A DNA stretch of 64,000 nt from Hormiphora californensis (Eukaryota > Animalia > Ctenophora). The stretch covers positions 1,736,001 to 1,800,000 of the forward strand of contig CM035352.1 in the NCBI GenBank assembly GCA_020137815.1. Reading direction: 5' to 3'. The notes under the pieces are model-generated. The model worked only from the letters and a program-made list of their open reading frames with translations, did not search any database and was not told the DNA's origin. The stretch's first letter is position 1. Every line of letters starts with the position of its first letter. This document shows positions 51,849-63,611 of this stretch, in pieces. Both the position numbers and the translations under genes were made by a program.

Positions 51849-53430
51849 ATGGCTGCTGCGGTATTGAAGAATAAGATCCAGGAGCTGATGAATGAGAGGG
51901 ATGAAGCCTTGGAGAAGGGAGATGCACTGGAGGACCAGCTAAATGACATGAAGGAACAGTTACTCAAGGTTGCTACTTTTGTTTCACTGACACGGAATAA
52001 GAAGAGTAGCACACACTTTAATGACACTATATTATAGTCAACATTTCATCTCAAGCTTGGATCTCAAGGGGTCACCTCCATCAACTCATTTGATGCGCTT
52101 GTAATTACAAGTGTTTCTATTCAAGGTCACCTCCCAACTCATTACTTGTAATTACAAGTGTTTCTATTCAAGGTCACCTCCCAACTCATTACTTGTAATT
52201 ACAAGTGTTTCTATTCAAGGTCACCTCCCAATTCATTACTTGTAATTACAAGTGTTTCTATTCAAGGTCACCTCCCAATTCATTACTTGTAATTACAAGT
52301 GTTTCTATTCAAGGTCACCTCCCAATTCATTACTTGTAATTACAAGTGTTTCTATTCAAGGTCACCTCCCAATTCATTACTTGTAATTACAAGTGTTTCT
52401 ATTCAAGGTCACCTCCCAATTCATTACTTGTAATTACAAGTGTTTCTATTCAAGGTCACCTCCCAACTCATTACTTGTAATTACAAGTGTTTCTATTCAA
52501 GGTCACCTCCCAACTCATTACTTGTAATTACAAGTGTTTTTATTCAAGGTCACCTCCCAACTCATTACTTGTAATTACAAGCGTTTCTATATTCAGGCTG
52601 AGTTTGAGAAGAAAGAGTTGGAGAGGAGACTCAAGTTGACTGAGGTGGAGCTAGATCACCAGAGTGCCCTGAGGAACCAGCTCAAGAAAAAGAGTATCAA
52701 CCTCAAGGTAACTGGGTTAAATATCTTTGTACACTATTAACTTAAATATGCTGTGACCGCAGTTCTCGGGCGCTCTGGAAAGCCAATGCTCTGAAAGAAA
52801 AATCTGACTTTTTTATGAAACTATATTCAATGGCCTTATATCATAATAGCTGTTAGTTGAATGCTTTGTATGTAGTGATCTGAATTATCCCTTTATAAAA
52901 TGTAATCAATCTCCATCCTCGGCCAATTGTTTAACCCCTTGAATGTTGAAGTTAAATGATTTGGTGGATTATAATCGCTAAAACCTGATCCACCAAATCA
53001 TTTAACTTTAGCGGGTTAAACAATTCGCCGAGGACAGAGATATAATAAATATATCAAGAATGCAATTTAAGACAATGAAGAGTTAATCATTGGAGCGTCT
53101 GAGCTAAAAGTGGAGGTTGGATCAATTGAAGAACATGGAGTGTACTAACTACTACCCTAGTTTTCACTAAATCCCACCGGTTACCTCGATAGTAGAGACT
53201 ATACTTATTTTGGTGTTTCTCTTTGGAACCTTGTCTGGTTTTAACCTTTCACTTTCACATTAATCTAAACACATTTCTCCCAGGTTGAGGATGAAAGGAT
53301 TAAGGATGATATGAAGAGTCAGGTGAAGAGTATTAACGAGATGGAGGAGCTTCTCCAGCTTATTGACACCAGATATGAAGAACTGGAACTTGATTACAAT
53401 GAGACGATGGAGGACCTTAATGCGCTGTAA
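51849..53430 (+). CDS. Short tropomyosin-like coiled-coil protein (~125 aa); exons 51849-51968, 52597-52707, 53284-53430
   Basis: N-term MAAAVLKNKIQELMNERDEALEK, LERRLKLTEVELD, C-term RYEELELDYNETMEDLNAL*; all introns phase 0; no Pro. Confidence 0.7.
52098..52590. repeat. 47-bp tandem repeat (~10 copies) abutting an acceptor
   Basis: Unit cttgtaattacaagtgtttctattcaaggtcacctcccaactcatta; the last unit grades into tttctatattcag|GCT. Confidence 0.95.
52917..53032. mobile_element. Small palindromic MITE
   Basis: cctcggccaattgtttaaccc...gggttaaacaattcgccgagg with internal inverted arms. Confidence 0.6.
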
Positions 53431-53813
53431 ATTCAACATTCTCCAAAACTGATCTGGTCTAAAGCTGCAACGTGAGCCACTGATGGTGAGAATTTGAAGA
53501 ATTTGAGCGACCTTTTGGGTTAAAAATCCAGGCTAGGAGAGCCTTGTGTGAACAATGAAGATCTTAAAGTGGAATTTGTTCAGCATAATTTTGTTCTAGT
53601 GAGATTTTGAGTTTGCTAGAAAAATAACTGATTTGTACATTATAATAATACCATGCATTTTCTCTTTGACTTGGGAACAAGGTAACGTTTTGCCTTTGAG
53701 AGTTTTTTGTCCGGAACAAGGTGTACAATAAAGTTTTGCATTTGTGGACGGGTGGAAAAATACAACTACAGAAACCTCGTGTGGAGATGAAGAATGGCAA
53801 TGTTGCAGATTAG

Positions 53814-54116
53814 CAAAAAAAGCAAAGCAAGGCGACTAGGATAAATCCAATGTCGGGGTGCTGATATCCCTTTCTATGGCGTTTCAGCCACGGTCCTTTC
53901 GGTACAGATTTCTCTGCAGCATAGCCGGGCGCCACCCCACTGCAACAACAATTAGATTGTGTTCTAATGTATGCACTCGTGTCACTTTCGGGTCTCTCAA
54001 GAGAGCCCCTACCAATCATAGCTTGGTGGACTAGACGACATGCGCTAGACCAGGATCGAACCCGGGACCTAGTGCGTGAGAGTTGAGTGTACTAGCCACT
54101 ACACCACCCTGCCATC
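53814..54116 (-). mobile_element. tRNA-derived SINE, ~303 bp, 11-bp TSD
   Basis: A box TGGTGTAGTGG and B box GGTTCGATCC on the - strand, non-pairing acceptor stem, TTGC-repeat tail, TSD ttgcagattag at 53803-53813 and 54117-54127. Confidence 0.85.
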
Positions 54117-54332
54117 TTGCAGATTAGGCGAACTATAACGACAGCGAAATTGTTTGGCTTGTAAACAATTTACAAAAATTCTGTACAATTAAAATCATCT
54201 GATTTGTAATAACTCCTAGATACAACACTCCATTTCCCATGTGGCGTAAATTCACATTAAACATGTGATCTTCATCTAGAGTTCAATGTCTCATGTCCAT
54301 ATATGGCTCGAAGTAGTAATGTTCATACAAAT

Positions 54333-57300
54333 TCACGTTGAGAGAGGTTCAAATTCCATGGAATCCGAGTTGGGACCAAGGAAGGCCTTCTTTTCTAGGT
54401 AGGTAGCGAGGTGATCCCGGGGTGGCAGGTAGATAGTCCTCTTGGAGTCCGGAGCTTCCACCCCCAGCACGTTACGGATCGCCCCACAGATAGCCTGAAA
54501 AGTTGGGATAATTATACTGAAGAGATATGGAGTAGGGAGAGATTTAAATACATAATCGGGTTTGGTAACTGGATTATGATTATGAAACTTCACACGCCAG
54601 CTCTGATCTTAACATAGTCGTACATATTGCATTCATATATTCGATATAATGACTTTAGCTTTAGTTGATAGTGTGATGTTCCACATTTCTTCACCGATTC
54701 AATAATTGAGATTCAATAACGGATAATTAAGAAATATAACATTAGGCTAATGGTTTCATTTCCTAGTGCAACTATTTGGCTACTGTTTCAATAAAACTCA
54801 GCTGATGTGTCTTTACAAACCTTAACATGATCAAAGTCCTGGATTCCAATTCGTGGTAGGGCATTAGCATCAATCATTATCAGTTTCCTTCCATCCACAA
54901 AGTTCTCAGTGAAACAGCTCTGAAAATGTACCAACGGTATTTATAATATATATCATCTGTGAAGGGAACTAAAAATTTTAAGTAAGATTCAAGCAAGGCA
55001 ATGCAACAGCCGATATGCTCATCTATACTGTTGAATTTGTAAAAAGTTGGTATTAATAAAATTGCATGCACTTGTTGTATACATTGCCCAGTGCCTGGTC
55101 CCCCATATATGACACCATTGAAATTGATTTAAACACCTCTGCATCTGTCTAGCTACTTGTGTGCATTTTTCCTACGCCTTGCACAGCAAACTGCATTGTA
55201 TTAGTAGAGTCGATAACTACATCGACCTCTCCCAATTGTTCCAGTTTTTGTCACATCTGTTTGGAGCCTCGACACGACCTCTAAACAGGTGTTACTTTTT
55301 CACAAACTGTTTTCATCTTGGTGTAATCAGCAGTTGAAATGTTGCTAATCATAACAAAAACCTGACTAAATTTTTTCAACTTGGGGTAAAACCATGGGTG
55401 TCAAAAGTTAGCTCTAGGTCCCCTGAGTAACCATCCGGAGACTCTAAGAGATATTTCAAGCCGTTCTCCCGTAATCATTAATCACGGTGGAGAAAAAAAT
55501 ACAATGCGGACGTACGTGAGCGCTGGCAGGCTGTTTACATGTTATTGTATGTCTCTCACTCTTTCTGGAAAAACCGCACGTGCGGTTGCGCCGCGCGAGA
55601 TAACTCTTTCTCAAGGGGGAGAAAAGAGAGAGACGCACATTAACGTTATACATTAAAGTTGAGGTTGTAGGCAATTGCACGTACGTCCATACTCAAATAT
55701 GTGCTCTACCGGGATTAATGATTACAGGAGAACGGCTTGAAATATATCTTAGAGTCTCCGGATGGTTACTCAGGGGACTTAGAGCTAACTTTTGACACCC
55801 ATGGTTTTACCCCAAGTTGAAAAAATTTAGTCAGGTTTTTGTTATGATTAGCAACATTTCAACTGCTGATTACACCAAGATGAAAACAGTTTGTGAAAAA
55901 GTAACACCTGTTTAGAGGTCGTGTCGAGGCTCCAAACAGATGTGACAAAAACTGGAACAATTGGGAGAGGTCGATGTAGTTATCGACTCTACTATATGAA
56001 TGATGTACCTTACCATAATGTGTTGTGCTTAGTTTTTAGTGTTCAATCTGTATTGATGATTAACGATATTTTCAGCGTTCATTCAAAGTAGGGAGATAAT
56101 ATAAACTTGCTTCATAACAAGGGTACACCGACTCAGTGAAGATCTTGACGACATGCCGAGTATTCTCTTTGCTTCGTAAGTATTTTCAAACAATTAAATT
56201 CATTTAGTTATAGCCTCAATTCAGATAGTTAAGACCTCCCACAATCAAGACCTCACACAGTTATGACCTCACACAATTATGACCTCCCACATGAGTTATC
56301 AGGGTGTGAACTGCATGTCGTGTTTGCTAGTCGCGAGCGCGCTTGCGAGACAAGCAAACACGTCAAGGTTCATTAACAAGCATGCTGCTCAGTCATTTTA
56401 GATTTAATACACAATGTAAGGATACCATGTAATAGGTGAGACTCTTGCCGTCACCCTCGTTCAAGTCCCGTGAAAAACGGAGCAGTACACGCAAACTGAT
56501 GCCCATTTTCCTCGCGTGACCCCGATTCAGCAGTTTGAGACACCAACTCTTTAGGGGGCCATATCTCAGGAACCAGACAAGATAGGAAAAATCGCCGTCT
56601 AACGAGGCGTACAGTTTTTAATCTAGTTTACCACTGTACCGGCCGTTTCACTCTCCGACCTAAAACAAAAATCGCAACCCCACAAAACTTCAAAATAATG
56701 AAATTCGCATCTCGCATGTCGTGTTGCATGTCGTGTCATGTTATTGACGCGCTCGCGTTCAACTCTCACACAGCAGCTGCAGAACATGGCGGGAAACATC
56801 GAGGAGTAGAGAGAGGGTCGGTGCCGAATCAAATGTTTCTTGATCTTGATCTACTCCATCTCTCAGCTATCCTACCCCTCATCAACTCGATCTCTCAGCT
56901 ACCCTACCCCTCATCTACTCCTGACTCCATCTTTCAGCTACCCTACCCCTCATCTACTCCATCTTTCAGCTACCCTACCCTTATCTAGTCCATCTCTCAG
57001 CTACCCTACTCCTCATCTACTCCATCTCTCAGCTTCCCTATTAGGGAAGCATAGAGATGGAAACGATTAGGGGTAGGGAATCCCTATCCATAATCGTTTC
57101 CATCTCTATGCTTCCCTAGCCCTCATCAACTCCATCTTTCAGCTACCCTACCCCTAATCTAGTCCATCTCTCCGCTACCCTACTCCTCATCTACTCCATC
57201 TCTCAGCTACCCTACCTCCCATTTACTCCATCTCTCAGCTTCCCTACCTCCCATTTACTCCATCTCTCAGCTTACCAACCTCCCATTTACTCCATATCTC

Positions 57301-60300
57301 AGCTTCCCTACCTGCCATTTACTCCATCTCTCAGATACCCTACCTCCCATTTACTCCATCTCTCAGCTTACCTACCTCCCATTTACTCCATCTCTCAGCT
57401 TACCTACCTCCCATTTACTCCATCTCTCAGCTTCCCTACCTCCCATTTACTCCATCTCTCAGCTACCCTACCTCCCATTTACTCCATCTCTCAACTACCC
57501 TACCTCCCATTTACTCCATCTCTCAGCTTCCCTACCTCCCATTTACTCCATCTCTCAGCTACCCTACCTCCCATTTACTTCATCTCTCAGCTTCCCTACC
57601 TCCCATTTACTCCATCTCTCAGCTTCCCTACCTCCCATTTACTCCATCGCTTACCTTCCCTACCTCCCATTTACTCCATCTCTCAGCTTCCCTACCTCCC
57701 ATTTACTCCATCTCTCAGCTACCCTACCTCCCATTTACTTCATCTCTCAGCTTCCCTACCTCCCATTTACTCCATCTCTCAGCTTCCCTACCTCCCATTT
57801 ACTCCATCTCTTACCTTCCCTACCTCCCATTTGCTCCATCTCTCAGCTTCCCTACCTCCCATTTACTCCATCTCTTACCTTCCCTAACTCCCATTTACTC
57901 CATCTCTCAGCTTACCTACCTCCCATTTACTCCATCTCTCAGCTTCCCTACCTCCCATTTACTCCATCCCTCAGCTACCCTACCTCCCATTTGATCCATC
58001 TCTCAGCTTCCCTACCTCCCATTTACTCCATCTCTCATTTATCCTAACATTCCTACCCCTGAGAGATGGAGTAAATGGGAGGTAGGGAAGCTGAGAGATG
58101 AAGTAAATGGGAGGTAGGAAAGCTGAGAGATGGAGTAAATGGGTGGTAGGGTAGCTGAGAGATGGAGTAAATGGCAGGTAGGGAAGCTGAGGGATGGAGT
58201 AAATGGGAGGTAGGGAAGTTGAGAGATGGAGTAAATGGGAGGTAGGTAAGCTGAGAGATGGAGTAAATGGGAGGTAAGGTAGCTGAGAGATGGAGTAAAT
58301 GGGAGGTAGGGTAGCTGAGAGATGGAGTAAATGGGAGCTAGGGTAGCTGAGAGATGGAGTAAATGGGAGGTAGGGAAGCTGAGAGATGGAGTAAATGGGA
58401 GGTAGGGTAGCTGAGAGATGGAGTAAATGAGAGGTAGGGTAGCTGAGAGATGGAGTAAATGGGAGGTAGGGAAGCTGAGAGATGGAGTAAATGGGAGGTA
58501 GGGTAGTTGAGAGATGGAGTAAATGAGAGGTAGGGTAGCTGAGAGATGGAGTAAATGGGAGGTAGGGAAGCTGAGAGATGGAGTAAATGGGAGGTAGGTA
58601 AGCTGAGAGATGGAGTAAATGGGAGGTAGGTAAGCTGAGAGATGGAGTAAATGGGAGGTAGGGTATCTGAGAGATGGAGTAAATGGCAGGTAGGGAAGCT
58701 GAGAAATGGAGTAAATGGGAGGTAGGGTAGCTGAGAGATGGAGTAAATGGGAGGTAGGGAAGCTGAGAGATGGAGTAAATTGGAGGTAGGGAAGGTAAGC
58801 GATGGAGTAAATGGGAGGTAGGTAAGCTGAGAGATGGAGTAAATGGGAGGTAGGGTATCTGAGAGATGGAGTAAATGGCAGGTAGGGAAGCTGAGATATG
58901 GAGTAAATGGGAGGTAGGTAAGCTGAGAGATGGAGTAAATGGGAGGTAGGGAAGCTGAGAGATGGAGTAAATGGGAGGTAGGGTAGCTGAGAGATGGAGT
59001 AGATGAGGAGTAGGGTAGCGGATAGATGGACTAGATTAGGGGTAGGGTAGCTGAAAGATGGAGTTGATGAGGGCTAGGGAAGCATAGAGATGGAAACGAT
59101 TATGGATAGGGATTCCCTACCCATAATCGTTTCCATCTCTATGCTTCCCTAATAGGGAAGCTGAGAGATGGAGTAGATGAGGAGTAGGGTAGCTGAGAGA
59201 TGGACTAGATAAGGGGTAGGGTAGCTGAAAGATGGAGTAGATGAGGGGTAGGGTAGCTGAAAGATGGAGTCAGGAGTAGATGAGGGGTAGGGTAGCTGAG
59301 AGATCGAGTTGATGAGGGGTAGGATAGCTGAGAGATGGAGTAGATCAAGATCAAGAAATATTTGATTCGGCACCGACCCTCTCTCTACTCCTCGATGTTT
59401 CCCGCCATGTTCTGCAGCTGCTGTGTGAGAGTTGAACGCGAGCGCGTCAATAACATGACACGACATGCAACACGACATGCGAGATGCGAATTTCATTATT
59501 TTGAAGTTTTGTGGGGTTGCGATTTTTGTTTTAGGTCGGAGAGTGAAACGGCCGGTACAGTGGTAAACTAGATTAAAAACTGTACGCCTCGTTAGACGGC
59601 GATTTTTCCTATCTTGTCTGGTTCCTGAGATATGGCCCCCTAAAGAGTTGGTGTCTCAAACTGCTGAATTGGGGTCACGCGAGGAAAATGGGCATCAGTT
59701 TGCGTGTACTGCTCCGTTTTTCACGGGACTTGAACGAGGGTGACGGCAAGAGTCTCACCTATTACATGGTATCCTTACATTGTGTATTAAATCTAAAATG
59801 ACTGAGCAGCATGCTTGTTAATGAACCTTGACGTGTTTGCTTGTCTCGCAAGCGCGCTCGCGACTAGCAAACACGACATGCAGTTCACACCCTGTATTAG
59901 AGTCAGGCCAATGTTGTGATTAACGTAGTACCTTGTACTGCCAGTAGCCGATATCCTCAATCCAGTTGGCCACCTCATCGATAGTCCAGAAGAAGGCGTC
60001 GGGAACACAATCCCCCGAGTTGTTACCTGCCCGGGGTGCCTTACTGGACACCTATAACAGGAAGGGGATGAATTAATACTTGGGAAACTTATCCAACTTC
60101 TGGTTGTTTACTAGACTTCTCGCCCCTCGTTATGGGGCAATTGCAATAGGACTAGGTGCCAATCGGTGATATATCGCATGCCCCAATTAGAGCCCCCCGT
60201 CCCCACCCAAGCCCGATAATTACCTGAGTTGACTCAACGACGCTTGTGGAGCTCCCCTCCCCTTCATGGGTCGCACTGGGGACAGTCACAACACCTTGCT

Positions 60301-60328
60301 CTACTGCAGCTTCAGACATGCTAAACAT
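54333..60328 (-). CDS. SAMD15: SAMD15-like sterile alpha motif protein, 161 aa; exons 60328-60224, 60051-59932, 54919-54821, 54494-54333
   Basis: FWTIDEVANWIEDIGYWQYK|SCFTENFVDGRKLIMIDANALPRIGIQDFDHVK|AICGAIRNVLGVEAPDSKRTIYLPPRDHLATYLEKKAFLGPNSDSM; all introns phase 0. Confidence 0.88.
55202..55994. mobile_element. Palindromic MITE, TAG...CTA termini, 3-bp TAT TSD (Academ-like)
   Basis: tat|TAGTAGAGTCGATAACTAC...GTAGTTATCGACTCTACTA|tat; ~280-bp near-identical arms. Confidence 0.88.
56300..59894. mobile_element. 3.6-kb foldback element with internal 32-bp tandem arrays, 3-bp TAT TSD
   Basis: tat|CAGGGTGTGAACTGC...GCAGTTCACACCCTG|tat; mirrored arms around ~58045; unit tacctcccatttactccatctctcagcttccc. 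Confidence 0.9.
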
Positions 60329-61402
60329 GGGAGACACTTTGTTAGAGACTGGTCACTAGAGAGGAATTGAAGACAGAAATTAGAGAGAAAGGAAGAGAGA
60401 GAGAGAGATGTTTTATGAATAGTACGATAGACATTAGACAATAGTTACTGGTTAGAAACTCATTTAGTTCATTTCCTGTCAATTTAACAGAAACTCATAT
60501 TGTTTGCGGGTTCTAACTAATTTCAACCCTACTGCAATTATTGTCTGGGTTATTATGTGGTACTAACAAAGTTCTCTCTCTATTTTCTCTCTCTATTTTC
60601 AATCTCTCTCTCTCTCTCTCACATCTACTAAGACGTATAATAGCACGTGTGCCAGCTAGCTATAAATACTCGTGTTTCATTAATTGATAGCAAAGAAACA
60701 GTTAAACCAAAGACAGAAAGATAAAAGAGAGGAGAATGGAGAAAGAATTGAGACAGGGAGAGAGTGAAATGAATAAAGAATGGAGACAGGGAGAGAGAAT
60801 GAACGAAGTGATCATCAGACCAAACCACCTCTCTCATCTTTATATTGCTCACGCATATTGCTCATGGCGTGAGTTTTATATCATAATTGTTCGTGGTTAA
60901 TGTGAATTCGATTGTCCACACCCGTCGCCATCCTGCACACTCACTTCTGAAGCACTTCCCGACCACATATAAAAGGAGGACTTCCCGACCGCAATTCTGT
61001 GGAATAACCTGAGTCCCACGGATACCGCAAACCGCTTCCTTGAACCGCTATAATGTCAGGCAGGCTACGGCGTACAATGTCCAGACGGTAATTTATATCA
61101 CACTGTACCCCCAATAACTCTCTCTTTCTTCTCAACTAACTCTTTTTCTCTGTCTCACTCTAGCTCTCTCCCTGGTTCTGTGTTTTCGTCAACAGAAATT
61201 TCTGTGTGAACAGTGGCATGTGTTTTAGTCTGCTGTTATAGTAGTATGACCTAAATTTATTGTGTTTTTGGCATTCTATCACCACGGTACACACTAACAT
61301 ACCACCATACTAACTCACCCCACTTCCCCTCTCCTCCTAGTAGTACTATACCATCTAGCTGCAGCTGACACTGTCAGAGCACTGACAGTACAGACACCCA
61401 CC

Positions 61403-63611
61403 ATGCACTGCCCTAGTGTCATCCTCCCTCTCTCAGTTCGTCCACCTCTCCACCCTCAGGGCGAGCTTCAAGATGGAACGAGCCAACTCCTTCTCCTCCA
61501 ACTCCCGTTCAGTGGCCCTACCTTCCGGGGCCTCCAAACCCGCCGTGAGGAGAGACGCAAGTTGAAACGCAGCAAAGTGGACCTCAAGACACGGATCAAG
61601 TACCACGTGACGGTCACCGCAGCCACTGCTCTCACCAAAATTGGGGGAGGTTTTGAGGATTTTTAAACTCTGTGACAAGAGTATTCACTGAGGTTGAGGG
61701 GACATTTAGGATCGAGTGTCTCTGCGTATTTCAAGGTGTTGGCATGGTTACTGAAGATCAACCTATGGTGCATGGTTGTTGCAGTTTCCTTTGTTTATAT
61801 CCCTGAAGTGGTTCTAACCAGTGGGCCTAACAATTCGACCTACAATAGTGATCTTGGCATGAAAACGGGACGGGCAGCTTCCTTCAAATATTTACTGGGG
61901 CAGGTTGGATGGAGAAAACACCTCTTTTTGTTGGTTGGTACCGGAGGGAGGGAAGCACGGACTTCAACCTGCCACTCTCCTACCTGTGTGCAAGTGTTAG
62001 TTATTTTCTCCTGTCTTTGTTCTTCATGAGTGGTAACCTTCATAACTTGTTCATGCAGAGTGCGAGTGAAGCAGGTCGGATCCTCTGTTTACAGTGAGCT
62101 AGTGTTAAAAGGTTGGGATTTCACCATTACAACTACAACAGCTAAGAAACTCAAAGCTCATACCCTGTCAAAGTCGCTGAGGGAAGCAGCTGAAGAAGGA
62201 CGAGGAAAGCGAAGGAGATAGATCGTTGTCTGTCCGAATTGCAGTGTTCATTCTAGCGGTGTGTGACGAATCTGATTTGTATCGGCTCAATCAGCATCTT
62301 CTTCTACCTCTACTACACCCGCTTTGGCCGCTTTGCACCAGAATCGTTCGGCGGGTAACAACTCCCAGGATAACGGAGAGAACAAACAGCCAACATCATG
62401 GGCAAATTACTCCGCCTCAGTCACCATCTCCCTCTCCAACATCATCTTCCCTATCATGTTCAAACTGATTGGATACGTGGAGGTATATCGGTCACCCAGC
62501 ACCCGACTACTAGTCACCATGGGACGTTCCTTTGTAATGAAGTTGTTCAGTATTTGTACCATGTTGTTTACTGTCTACCAGACCGTTAAACCTAGTGGAG
62601 GTTCCCTAAACCACACACACCACGTGGCGAACTACCCGTGTTGGGAGAACTTCATGGCGACTAAACTCTACCAGATGTGTATTATTGATCTGCTGATATC
62701 GGTGGGTGCAATTGGAGTGAAACTCTTTGCCCGGTGGTCAATTATCCAATGTATTGTAGGACTAAAACTCGCTAAACGGAGGGACGTGAATCCAGAGTTT
62801 GAGTTGTGTGAGGAGATCCTCAGGTTGTGTTATAAACAGATGCTCCTATGGTCTGCATACCCCCTTGTCCCTCTGCTAACTATCCTTGGAGTTCTTGAGA
62901 TTACATTTTTCATTTACGTAAAGAAGGCCATTGTTCTTAGCACTAATCCGAATGTCTGGGGCGATTGTTCTGACTAGCAAGACTATAAATGTTGTTAACT
63001 TCCTGTTCGTGTTATCTCTCCTGGCAATATTCATCTTCTATGGACTAATCATGGTCAACCTCCAACCCTCCCTTGACTGCGGTCCGTTCCGTAATATGAC
63101 ATGTTTCGGGGACCCTATCAACGAGCTTCTCGACCAAAGTGGGGTAACGGGGAGATACCTTCCTCTTGCTCATCAAATCAGTGCCAGCACACATTATTCA
63201 TAACCGTTATTGTAACTCTGGTTATCTACTATTACAAGTGCCTGGCTAACTCCCGGGCATTGACCATCGATCTGCTGAAGGAGCAGGTGATGAACGAGAG
63301 ACATAACAAGAGGTTGACCCTGGCACGAATCAGGAAAAGGAAGATTAACAACTGTGAGCCCCGGCCCTCGACACATCAGGCACCGGGGACACTATTCCAA
63401 ACAACAGGCGATCGAACGGGTCCACAAGTTTGCCAATCCGAGATTTGAAAAGCAGAATAGTCGGAGGTCGTTGTTAGTGACTGTAGAGAACGCGGGCACA
63501 GTCAAAAAAGGGACAACACGAGTCTTGATGCCTCGAAAAGACACAATAATTGAACAAATACCAAAGGTTGCAATGGAAATTGTAAGCTTTACGGTTGGGG
63601 CGTGTACATAA
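61403..63611 (+). CDS. Intronless transmembrane channel-like (TMC) protein, broken by many single-base indels
   Basis: EGHLGSSVSAYFKVLAWL, EKTPLFVGWY, KGWDFTI, CWENFMATKLYQMCIID, PEFELCEEILRLCYKQMLLW..PLL, PSLDCGPFR; collinear fragments in shifting frames. Confidence 0.85.

Noticed and set aside
54040-54113. Functional tRNA gene
   Set aside because: Acceptor stem does not pair; it is the head of a TSD-flanked SINE
56077-56175. + strand exon-like segment with good acceptor and donor
   Set aside because: Stop codons in all three frames and no partner exons identified
56623-59571. Duplicated ORF pairs (MKFASRM.., MIRHRPS..) on opposite strands
   Set aside because: By-products of the foldback symmetry; no transposase features
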